This document shows, one piece after another, positions 13,951 to 25,531 of a DNA stretch of 64,000 nucleotides. This DNA comes from Paraspadella gotoi. Its lineage: Eukaryota; Animalia; Chaetognatha. A program made the translations under genes and the position numbers. The DNA lies in NCBI GenBank assembly GCA_051294375.1, contig CM119264.1, forward strand, positions 23,061,955 to 23,125,954, in the 5' to 3' direction. The first letter of the stretch is position 1. Each line of letters begins with the position of its first letter. Below the pieces are notes generated by a model. It was not told the origin of the DNA, made no database searches, and saw nothing but the letters and a program-made list of their open reading frames with translations.

Positions 13951-14650
13951 AGCCTGCAACGATCTGGAGAGACGAGAACGGCCGACGAGGAGATTTTCGC
14001 AACCTCCACTCCCACCTTTCCTCCCCCCTCGCGGGCGTCGCCCGGGTCCTCGCAACTGCGTTCCGGCGCCAACCTACATCCGCAAACAAATCGTCAACCG
14101 TATCCAAAAAAACCAGCTCCACAGCCTCGGATGGAAGCCAATCGTCGACAATCAAAAGTGACGACTACGAGAACCAGGTTCCCAGCCTCTCCACTACCTT
14201 CCTCGGAACGAGGGCCAGCGTCATGCAGACCACGCCACTCTCCGGTCCAGGAAAAAGACCGCGACCGAGGCGTCAAACGCAACAGGCAAGCCAAATCTTC
14301 CTTTCGGGCCGCCCCCTTTGGTTCCCGTCACCAAGTGCATGATCGCGACGCCATCTGAACAACCCGCCGACCTCTGAGCGTCTCGTCGAAGGCGGCGTCA
14401 AACAAAACCATAAACCTCTTCTATTAGACGACTACAATTCTTTGTGCTCGACATTATCTACACCTATCATAAGTTGCGTTACACAATTTAATAATATAAT
14501 TCCATAAGCAATACTTTACGTATTAATATATAGATATCAAACTAATTAACACTTTTAATATTTTTATTTTACTTATTTGAATCTTAGTTTAATATAATCC
14601 CATGAGCCCAATCGTTTCCCTTTAAATACTCCTTAACTGTATTGTTCGTC

Positions 14651-14660
14651 ATGGGGGGGT
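14651..14660 (+). promoter_or_regulatory. Polypurine tract of the retrotransposon
   Basis: ATGGGGGGGT immediately precedes TGTAAG, the start of the 3' LTR. Confidence 0.8.
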
Positions 14661-15257
14661 TGTAAGTCTTTTGAACCCCCAGATTTCTGGCCATGAGATC
14701 GATTCTGGCCAGGGGTGTGGCCATATTGAAATCTTTTAATTTCATTCCATGATTAGAAACCTTTTATTATTATCACCAACCTTTTACTGTTAGCCCTTTT
14801 GTTTGTAATAGACAAAAGATCAACCTAGTGAATAGGTCAGCTGGATTCCCACCATTTTAATTCTATTTGGGTTTACGTTGAAACAGTCTAAAAAAAGGAG
14901 ATCAATTAATAGAACAAGCTCATTAATCATTTATTATCGTTAATGAATAACTCTTTTATTATTGTTTAGATTAATGTGATTAATTAAATTGGGCTTTTAT
15001 TGGCATTGTTGTTTTGCATATAGATATTACTTATGCTATTTAGCCTATGGGAATATCTATAATGCTTTGATTATTTTTATTAAGGTTTTATTTATTAACT
15101 AACCAGCAAGTTGGTTATCTTCATTCTAGTTCTCGAACTTTAATAACAATAATTGACAGCCATTAGCGGCAAACGTCAGCGCCACTTTCCGCTCAATTCC
15201 TGCGATGATAGATGGGCATTGCAGGACAACCGTGATACTTCAATTCACGCATCTACA
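14661..15257 (+). repeat. 3' LTR (597 bp, TG...CA)
   Basis: Starts TGTA and ends TACA. Direct repeat of ~8822-9458 and follows the PPT. Confidence 0.92.
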
Positions 15258-18200
15258 TCCTGTAACTCGGAAACTTTCTCCTTTTAAACTTTCTTACTCC
15301 ATCTTCTCTTTTCTTGTTATCTCCCCGATCCTCCGGTACGCGAATTTCGTCTACATCCGGGTGCAAATGGTAGTGACGAACAAACCCTCGCTCTTTTGTT
15401 CCCACCTTCGTATGAAAGGTCGTTGCTGAGAGACGGGGGGGCGAAGTTAGGGGAGGATGGATCTTTGCAGGGGAAAATTTTGGACGGAAACAAAATATGG
15501 CCCACTCTCTCTCTCTCTCTTCTCTCTTCTCTCTCTCGTATCTCTCTCTCTCTCTCTCTTTCTCTCTCCTCTCTCCTGCTCTCTTTCCCTTCCCCTTAAT
15601 CTCACTCCTCATGTTAACGTTTCGTCGAGATTTTTATATTCAAACGAAAGAGGGGGGAAAAATATTTGAGAAAGGAAAGAAAAAAAAAGAAAGAAATTTT
15701 TGAATGAATGTAATTTAGATTCCAGAGAAGCGGAATTTCGAGGTCTGTATCATTCAAGAAATGAATTCGGAATGAAAAACGAGGCTGAAAGAAGGAGATT
15801 AAGCGGAATTATTGAGAAAGATGGATCGAACATGTATGAAAGGATCGACGCTCGCCCTTAACAGCGATAACGAGAGGCGAGAACTTTTTGAGTAGCGAAG
15901 TGGAAGGAGAGAAATACGATGATTGTCCTGGGAAGGAGAGAGGGGAAAGAGTTGGGGAGAAGTTGGAGAGGAAAGATGGAATTAGTTGAATTGAATACGA
16001 CTACTAGGTTATTTGTTTACAGTCGGTGGGGAGGAACGATTACCTGTCAATTGGAAAGGGGGTAGGAAATGTACGGTCTTACGGGAGCTGGAATAAACGT
16101 AGGTGTCTGTCGCTTGACGGTTGTTAACTATCGAGAGCAAAGGTTGCTTTATACAGGAGCAGCGTCTCTACTCATCACAGGTGTCATTTTTCAAAGTAGG
16201 AGAACGAGACGACGACGTAACGCGCGACGACGTACAGGACGACTGACGACCAACACATGCCTTATTGGTCGTAAGTATGCTGGTTGAAAGAAAAAAAAAT
16301 AGTTCACGAAGAACGTTAAACCAATTTGATAGTGGGGAGAAAAAATATTAACAAACTACAAATTGTGAATATATGCACAGTCTTTTGAGGCTGGGAAAAA
16401 ACAAAATGTAATAAAACTTAAAAAAGTGAATGTTAAAAATATTTTTAGAAGAGAAAGAAAACTTTTGAAAGACATTTATTAAAAAAGTAGCTTAGGCGAA
16501 AAAAAAATATTCAAAATGGTGGATAAAGTACAAATTAAGAAATAGAAGGATTCATAAGAGGAAATAAGGGGCGCGGAAAGAGAGAATAGAAAGTAATAAA
16601 ACTGAAAAGAATATAGATATAAAAGGAAAATATGTAAGTAAAAAGGTTTAAATAACTATTAATTAACTCATTACAGGTCTGACACTAAAAAAAAACTGGA
16701 AAAAGTTATGGAGAAATGCAAACTTTTTTTAAAGGAGATATAGTTATTTAGTTATATATGAATATAATTAATAAAATAGGAAACATAAAGAAAAAAGACG
16801 GAATTTTTTCCTTTCGGGAGGAAAAATAAATGAATGATAATAAACACTTATTAGAAAAGAGAAGAGAGGAAAGAAAAGAAAGAAGTTGGAAGGAGAAAAA
16901 AAGAAGAAGTTAAAAAGGAGGGGAAAAGACCGGATCGCGTAAAAATCGGGTGGAACGTGAGGGAAAAGCAAATTTCCCGGTTGTTTAAAGCGGCGGTATT
17001 GCTAAGGCATGTAACTGATCTGGGCGGGAATCCAAATTTTAATTAAAAAAAATCATAATTAGTGACTGAGCTTGGTCGAATAGAGCCCTGAGCAAATATT
17101 AATACTCAGGAAGAAAGAAATAAGATTATAATGAAAAGTGAAGCCACGTTTATAGTAGTAGGGTCGTGGAGGCAATCGTTCGCCGGCAAATCATAAAATC
17201 TATCTTTCCTCTTTTGCTTCGTCTTACCAGTCGTCTGCCAGTAAACGTTGCCACTCGTCTCCCATTCACATTGGAAAGGCTCCTTTTCCACTGAATGCGA
17301 TGGGAAAAGCCAACGATTTTCGATCGCGTTTTTGAACTTTCGTCGCAGATATTCGGCCAGTCAGCGAATAAACCAATAGATCAGTTTATGGTCCATGATT
17401 ACAACAAGTCGAATCATGTCTCTCGGGTAAACAAACCAAAACAGAGAATAGGCCAAACTTTCTCTCAAAATCAGCGAGACTTTTTTATTCTTAAAGTTTT
17501 ACTAATAAACACCACTTTCTTTTATAACTCTTTCGTCTCGCAAATACCATATTCTTAAATGAGTTTTTTTTTCTGATTAGTCGCATCGATCAATCCGCGT
17601 CCTTCATTCCTTCCACTTTCAACCAAATCACAGTCCTCTTTTTCTTTCTACCTCGACCAATCACCGCCTCTCTTCTCGCTCTCTCTATTTCAACAACACC
17701 ATTTCCGCGGTGGACAATCAATCACTTTCCGACCATTGCCGTTGGTCGGGCGCTACCAATCGCCTAACGAGCGCCGGCGGGCCGAAGGAGGGAAAGAATA
17801 AAGGAAAGAATAAATTAGGGAGACGGAAAAATGAAAAAAAAGAAGAAACAGCGAAAAGATGAAAAAAATAACGAAAGAGAAACGATAAAGCATGGAAAAA
17901 AGAAAATAGAGCGAAAGGAAACAATGCGATAAAGGGAGGAAACGATTTTCCCTATTTCGCTCAATTATCCGCGAATATCAGACGCATCGGATGCCCTTCA
18001 GTGACCAGCGATGCAAATGCAGTAACTTGCATTTTGATGCTGTTGATGTTAAATTGTATCATGGGTTTGAGGCATTGATGTTGATACAATCATCCTCATA
18101 GCATCATATTGATTTTTTCTCTCTAAATTTTAAACAGTTTATAATATTTTTTAAGAATTGCACTTCTATCTCTTGTTGAGAACAATTGGTGACGACTGGT

Positions 18201-19639
18201 ACAAAGATTGATTGCGAGCTTACCATTTTTTACCTTACTGAATAGCTTTGTTGGCGCCGAATTTACTATTTTAAACAATTTTTTGTGTTCAAAATGTCCT
18301 AAATTAATTCACTGGTTTGGACAAATTCGTCCAAGTCTCCCCCGTTTGCTTTGTCGCAACGGCAAAAATTAACGACGTCACTTTCATTGCAAAACAATGA
18401 ATCGGACGTTTTGATTGCAGAAAAACTTTTTGCGATTTGTTCAGCTAACCTGCAGTTTGACGCAAATTAAACTGTCTTCTCGGAGAAAGAAACAATGAAG
18501 TATAATGAGCAAAACACAAAAGCCTGAAATACAAAGCGAGTGTCGAGTATGTGAAAAATAGTTCAAGAATTAATTGATATATAAGCTTATTCCATTCTTT
18601 TACGCTTATTCTTATAATGAATGGGTCTTGTGACATACCGTTCAAGAACTCATGTAAAGTCTTTTGCTTAATCTTTAATTTTGAAAGAAATTAATGAAGC
18701 TCAGAATGCAAATTGATCTGAAAGGTGCGCGCACAATGGAATATTCTAAGATCGTTGACGAAGAATTCATTTTAAATGTACGTCATGTGAGATAGTTAAT
18801 ATGAAAGTCAAGTCAAGAAAAACTACTTTTTACTGATTCGAAATCAAGCAGCAGGCGTAATTATTCTTTTCAAACCCAAAGAAGTTTAAATCGGGCGCGC
18901 CAACTAATATTTATTTTTAAAATTAAAGTGAAAAATACAAAGACAAAAAGCTTAAAGTAAATGAATTCATGAGAAGATATAAAGACTAGAGAAAAACACT
19001 AATGAGAATATGTCGCTGAGGCGGAAAAAATGAATGAAAGAGAAAGAGAGATCGAGGAGAAACGAGGTTAGATGATAGGATGTTGAAAAAAGTGGGTGAA
19101 GTTAAAAAGAAAAAAAGTGAATAGAAAAAAGAAAGATGAGAGAGAACGTCAAAGGATAAAGGAAGGAGGATAGGGAGGGAGAGCAAATAAATAATATTAA
19201 AAATAAAGTCGAACCGATTATGAAGTGAGTGTATACAACTTAAACTGTTATTCTGAGTAAGGAGGAGAGAGAAGATTGGTAATAAAGGAGTGAAAAATGA
19301 AATGAGGGACGAGGTGAGAAAGAAATTGTAGGTGGAGAAGTGGAAAATTAAAAGAGGAAAAAAAAAGAAAAAGATTAGTATAAGGAAAATGAAATAAGTT
19401 AGGATGAGGACCCGGTGGAAAGGGGAAGTAAGAGAAGAAGGAAAAAGGATTAAAAATAAAGAAGAAAGATAAAGAAAAAAAAAAATTGGAAGATGAGTAA
19501 GAGAGACCCTTAGAAGGGCGGGAGAGAGGTGGAGGAAATATTTGAACCCTTCATTCACTAGTGGTTCTTTTTTCTTTATTCTTCTTTCAACCCTTGCAAC
19601 AGCATACAGTCTCCTCCTCATCATCTCTCTCTCTCTCGT

Positions 19640-19677
<38 letters not shown>

Positions 19678-20340
19678 CTTTTCTCTTTAATGGGACTCTT
19701 TCCCGTTCCGTTCCATTAAGTTTATTTCTTTCATATTAAGTCTCGAGACTTTTTTTTCTTTCTTTGTTCATTTTTTTCACTTTTTCTTTTTTGTTTAATA
19801 ACTCGGCGAAGTTAATTTATGCAAATCGACAAATCTCCCTAATTTCGCCCCCACGAGAGAAGAAACGAGCTATCGTTAGCGAGATGTTTAATTCGGACAT
19901 CTGAGAAGGAGAGCGAACGACGAGAACGACGATGACGACGACGACGACGAGCACGAGGTCGAGACGGAAGTTCAAGTGGAGATGACCGAATTCTGAAGAC
20001 GGAGTCACTGGAAAAAAAAGAGGATACGACAAGTGGCTATTGATGAAGAAACAACAAAGATGATAACGAAGACAAAATAAGACAAAGAAGAAAACATATA
20101 GAACGAAGCGATCAACGAGGAGATGAAAGGCATTAAAACAACTTTAAAAGACGAAAAGTGAAATTTGAAACGAGTATTTTTTTTTCGAAAAGACGTAGCT
20201 GATCACAAAATGAATATTTTTGGTCTTTTGTGTTGTGTGGCGCGCTGAATATGAGTTTAAATATTTAGGCTCCTTGTAATAATTGATACTCTACTTTTCT
20301 TTCTCCGCTCTGATTCTCTCTTCTTTAACCCTCTCCCTCT
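15258..20340 (+). repeat. Arm 1 of ~5 kb inverted duplication
   Basis: Colinear reverse-complement matches to 22075-27146, e.g. 15640-16260 vs 26100-26718, 17100-17780 vs 24600-25300, 18700-19600 vs 22680-23620 and 20160-20340 vs 22075-22230. Differences are mostly 1-2 nt indels. Confidence 0.92.
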
Positions 20341-20360
20341 TCACCCTCTTTCCTCACGTT

Positions 20361-21180
20361 GATTACGACGACGACGACGACGACGACGAGGATGCAACTA
20401 ACTAATTCGGAGAAAACGAGTATAACGACGACGATAACGACGAAGACCCGTCGTCATGGAAACGAGAGACGGAAGAGCAATCACCGTTTGAGGGTTCGTT
20501 GGCTGACGTAAAGTTGAGGGAAAAGGGGCAAAGGAGAAAATGAAAAGATGGGCGGAGAAGGAAAAAGCTAAAGGGGGAAATAGAAGGGAAAAAAAAGATA
20601 AAAAGGGAAAAGACAAAAGACAAGGAGAATCTGTGAAAAAAAAATAGGAAGATAAGAAAGGAGGGGAAGGAAAATAATAAAGATGTCGAGATGATATTAG
20701 TAAAGAGCAGAAAATATAGAAGAAATGTTTTAAAATGACGCGAAAAAGTAGGAGAAAAATGGGAAAAGAGGTGAGAATACGAAATGATACGAAATAAAGT
20801 TTGTAACGTGAAATTAAATGTTTAATAATGAGAAAAAAAGAAGAAAAAAGAAAAGAAGAGGAAGAAGAGCAATCAATGGGTTAATCACCTGTGGAAAGCC
20901 TTTTCCCACGCAGTCACGACTGTTGCTATTGTCGCTTCTACCGCCTCCGCAGACGGAGCCGCCGCCTCCGCCACCGCCGCATCAGCAGCCGCAGGCGCTG
21001 AAAAAGGAAATTCTATCTCACCTTCTGAAAGACGAAGAGGAAAAATGTAGAATTTGAAACTTCAAGGAGAAAGTTAAGACTACCTGTGAATAAGCTTAAT
21101 GTTAAAGGATGAATTAAAATTAATCATAATTTTTAAAATGAATGCGATAAATTGTAGAGAGTTCAAGAGAGGACAACTAA
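20361..21180 (+). repeat. Segment duplicated in noisy direct copies at ~5800-6130 and ~7550-8650
   Basis: AAAAGATGGGCGGAGAAGGAAAAAGCTAAAGG occurs at ~6002, ~7835 and ~20543. GAAAAAGGAAATT..CTCACCTTCTGAAAG..AGAATTTGAAA..CTTCAAGGAGA occurs at ~8435-8520 and ~21000-21070. Confidence 0.85.
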
Positions 21181-21595
21181 TTCGGGATCGTTCTCCGTAC
21201 GACTCCGTCGCAAATCTTTTAAAAGAGAAAAACTTGTCTGTACAATAAAATAAAATCGTTGCTGTATCAAGACTTTGTCTTTAATTTCAATTATCTAAAA
21301 ACACAACGAAAGAAAGTTTAATCTCAAAGAGAAAAGAAAAACAAAAGGAAAAAAGAAAAAAGAGAGAGAAAAAAAAAGAAGAGAAAGAAATGATTAGACG
21401 AGACCGCTAAAGCGAACACTATGAAGAAGAAGCAATGAAAAAGAAAAGAACAAGATAACAACAACAAAGAAAGAAAGGTTAAAGAGGCAAGTCCGGTAAA
21501 AAGATTCGCAGAAAAATGTCCTGCTTGTTAATTCTGTTTTCTTTTCTTTTATCCCGTCCACCCGCCCGGCAAAAAGAGAGGCCCATTAACGGAAA

Positions 21596-21810
21596 NNNNN
21601 NNNNNNNNNNNNNNNNNNNNNNNNNNNNNNNNNNNNNNNNNNNNNNNNNNNNNNNNNNNNNNNNNNNNNNNNNNNNNNNNNNNNNNNNNNNNNNNNNNNN
21701 NNNNNNNNNNNNNNNNNNNNNNNNNNNNNNNNNNNNNNNNNNNNNNNNNNNNNNNNNNNNNNNNNNNNNNNNNNNNNNNNNNNNNNNNNNNNNNNNNNNN
21801 NNNNNNNNNN
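21596..21810. other. Assembly gap (215 N)
   Basis: N run in the spacer of the inverted duplication. Confidence 0.99.
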
Positions 21811-21841
<31 letters not shown>

Positions 21842-22074
21842 GAGAAAAATTAATAAAAGGAGAGATGAATCCGTGCGGCGGATAATTTTTTTTTTCGCCG
21901 CAATCTCTTTCCGCGGAATCTCGGGGGAAAAACGAGGATGGTCAGAGAAATTACGAGCGCGGAATTGCAGTCATCTTCGGAGAAGGAGGTGAGGGAGAGG
22001 AAGAAGAAGAAGAAGAAGAAGAAGAAGAAGAGGGAGAGAGAAGAAAAATAGAAATTGAAAAATATGTAAGGAGA

Positions 22075-22643
22075 TGAGAGGGGAGGGAAGAAGAGAGAAT
22101 CAGAGCGAGAGAAAAGTAGAGATCAATATTACGAAGGAGCCTAATATTTTTAAAGCTCATATTCCGCGCAACACAAAAGACTCAAAAATATCCATTTGTG
22201 ATGACGTCTTTCGAAAAAAATTTCAATTTCTTTTCGTCTTTTAAATGTTTCAATTTTTTTTCATCTCCGTTTCGTCGTCTTATATGTTTTCTTCTTTGTC
22301 TATTTTGTCTTCGTTATCATCTTTGTTGTCTTCTTCATCAATGTCATCTTTGTCGTCTTCCTCTTTTTTTTCCGTTGATCCTCTTCGTGGTCTTCATTGA
22401 ATTCGTCGTCGTCGTCGTCGTCGTCGTTTTCGTCGTCCTTCTCAGATGTCGAATTAACATCTCGCTACAAGCTCGTTCTTCTCTCGTCGGGCGAAATTAG
22501 AGATTTGTCGATTTGCATAATTTAACTGCCGAGTTATTAACAAAAGAAGAAAAGTGAAAAAAAGTGAACAAAGAAAGAAAAAAGTCTCGAGACTTAATAT
22601 GAAAGAAATAAACTTAATGGAACGGAACGGGAAAAGTCCACAT

Positions 22644-22687
<44 letters not shown>

Positions 22688-25496
22688 CATTGCTGTTGCA
22701 AGGGTTGAAAGAAGAAATTAAAGAAAAAAAGAACCACTAGTGAATGAAGGGTTAGAAATATTTCCTCCCTCTCTCCGCCTTCTAAGGGTCTTCTACTCAT
22801 CTTCCAATTTTTTTCTTTTTCTTTTTCTTCTTTTTATTTTTATCTTTTTCTTCTTCCTCTTCTTTTTTCTCACCGGGTTCCTCATCTAATCTTATTTTAT
22901 TTCCTTATTACTAATCTTTTCTTTTTTTTTTTCTCTTTTAATTTTCCACTTCTCCAACCTACATTTTCTTTCTCACCTCGTCCCTCTCATTTATTTTTCA
23001 CTCCTTTATTACCAATCTTCTCTTCTCCTCCTTACTCAGAATAACAGTTTAATTTGTTACACTCACTCATAATCGTTCGACTTTATTTTCTAATATTTAT
23101 TTGCTTCTCCCTCCCTTATCTTCTTCTTCCTCTTATCCTCTTGACTTCGTCATCTCATCATTCTTTTTTCTATTCACTTTTTTTCTTTTTAACTTCACCC
23201 ACTTTTTTCAACATCCAGTATCAATTCTAACCTCGTTTTCCCTCGATCTCTCTTCTCTTTCATTCATTTTTTTTCCCTCAGCGACATTATTCTCATTAGT
23301 GTTTTTCTCTAGTCTTTATATCTTCTCATTAATTCATTTACATTAAAGCTTTTTTGTTTTTGTATTTTTCACTTTAATTTAAAAAAATAAACATTGTTGG
23401 CGGCGATTTACTTCTTTGGGTTTAGAAAAAAATAATTACGCCTGTGCTTGATTTCGAATCAGTAAAAAAGTAAGTTTTTGCTTGAAGACTGACTTTCAAT
23501 ATTAACGATCTCACATGACGTACATTTAAAATGAATTCTTCGTCAACGATCTTAGAATTATTCATTGTGCGCGCACCTTTCAAGATCAATTTGCATTCTG
23601 AGCTCATTAATTTCTTTAAAATTAAAGATTATGTCACCCAAACGTAACTTTACATGAGCCTTTTTTTGCGTAATTTCCACAAGAGCCCCTATTCAAAATT
23701 GAGTAAGTTTTTAAGTTTAAAAATTAGATTAGCGGTTAAGAATAGAGGTAAGATTTTGGAAAATAAAGCCCCTTATTTAATAACTACTCTTAATATTTAA
23801 TATCATTGACGTCTACATATTCTTCAACATTCAACTCGACACTCGCTTTGTATTTCAGCTTTTGTGTTTTGTCCATATATTCATTGTTTCTTTCCCGAGA
23901 AACAGTTAATTCTGTCAAACTCAGCGTTTAGCTGAAAATCGCAAAAAGTTATTTCTGTCAATCAAAACGTCGATCATTGTTTTGCAATGAAAGTGACGTC
24001 GTTAATTTTGCCGTTGGACAGCAAACGGGGGAGACTTGACGATGTTGTCAAACCCAGTGAATTAAACTTAGGACATTTTGAAACAAAAAATGTTAAAATA
24101 GTAAATTCGGCGCCAACAAAGCATTTTCAGTAAGTAAAAAAAGTGGTAAGCTCGGCAATCAATCTTGTACCATCGTCACCAATTGTTATCAATAAGAGAT
24201 AGAAGTGCAATTTCTTTAAAAAAATTATAAACTGTTTAAAATTTTGAGAGAAAAAATCAATATGATTGTATGATTGGATGATTGTATCAAATCAATGCCT
24301 CAAAACCATCGATAACATCAACAGCATCAAATGCATCTACTGCATTGTCTGCATCGGGCTGCGTCTCACTGAGGCATCGATCGCATCTGATATCGCGATT
24401 AATTGAGCGAAATCGAGGGAAAAATCGATTCCCGCCTTTTATCGCATTGTTTTCCTTTTCGCTCTATTTTCTTTTTTTCCATCTTTTATCGCTTTCTTTT
24501 CCTTTTCGTTTTATTTTCTTTTTTTCCATCTTTTATCGCTTTGTTTTCTTTGTTTCTCTTTTTTTTTCATTTTTCCGTCTCCTAATTTATTCTTTCCTTT
24601 ATTTCTTTCCCTCCTTCGGCCCGCGCGCTCGTTAGGCGATTGTAGCGCCGACCAACGGCAATGGGTCGGAAAGTGATTGATTGGTCCACCGCGGAAATGG
24701 TGATTGGTTGAAATAGAGAATGGCGAGAAGAGAAGGCGGTGATTGGTCGAGGGTAAAAGAAAAAGGGGACTGTGATTGGTTGAAAGTTGAAGGAAGAAGG
24801 ACGCGGATTGATCGATGGACTAAATCAGAAAAGAAACTCATTTAGGAATATGTTATAATTTCGAGCGAGAGTTATAAAAAAGAATGGCTTGTTTATTAGT
24901 AAAACTTTAAGAATAAAAAAGTCTCGCTGATTTGAGGAGAAAGTTTGCCTATTCTCTGTTTGGTTTGTTTACCGAGAGACTGATTCGCTGTTTGGTATCT
25001 TAGACCATAAACTGATTTATTGGTTTATTCGCTGATTGGCGAATATTTGCGAGGAAAGTCAAATGACGCGATCGAAAATCGTTGGACTTTTCCATCGTCA
25101 TTCATAGGAAAAGGAGCCTTTCAATGTGAATGGAGACGAGTGGCAACGTTTACTGGCAGACGACTGGTAAGACGAATGGCAAAAGAGGAAAAGATAAGAT
25201 TGTTGAGTTTGCGCGAACGATTGCTCAACACGCCACTACTATAAACGTGGCTTCACTTTTATATTTAATCTTATTTTTTCCTTCCTGATATAATAATTTG
25301 CTCAGGGCTCTGTCGATCAAGCTCTGCACTAATTAGATTTTTTTAAATTAAATTTGACTCCCGTCCCAGATCAGTTACATCCTTAGCAATACGCCGATTT
25401 AACAACCGGGATTTGCTTTTCCCTCACGTTCCACCGATTTTTACGCGATCGCTCTTTTCCCCTCCTTTTTTCACTTCTCTTTTTTTCTCCTTCCAA

Positions 25497-25531
<35 letters not shown>

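Larger units (their letters stand above)
8822..15257 (+). mobile_element. Ty3/Gypsy LTR retrotransposon, CsRN1/Kabuki-like clade, full length (reading frames broken by single-base indels)
   Basis: Two ~600-bp direct repeats (~8822-9458 and 14661-15257) both end in CATCTACA, and the 3' copy starts TGTAAG. There is a PBS after the 5' LTR and a G-rich PPT before the 3' LTR. Internal gag, protease, RT, RNase H and integrase motifs occur in Gypsy order (IN last). Confidence 0.95.
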
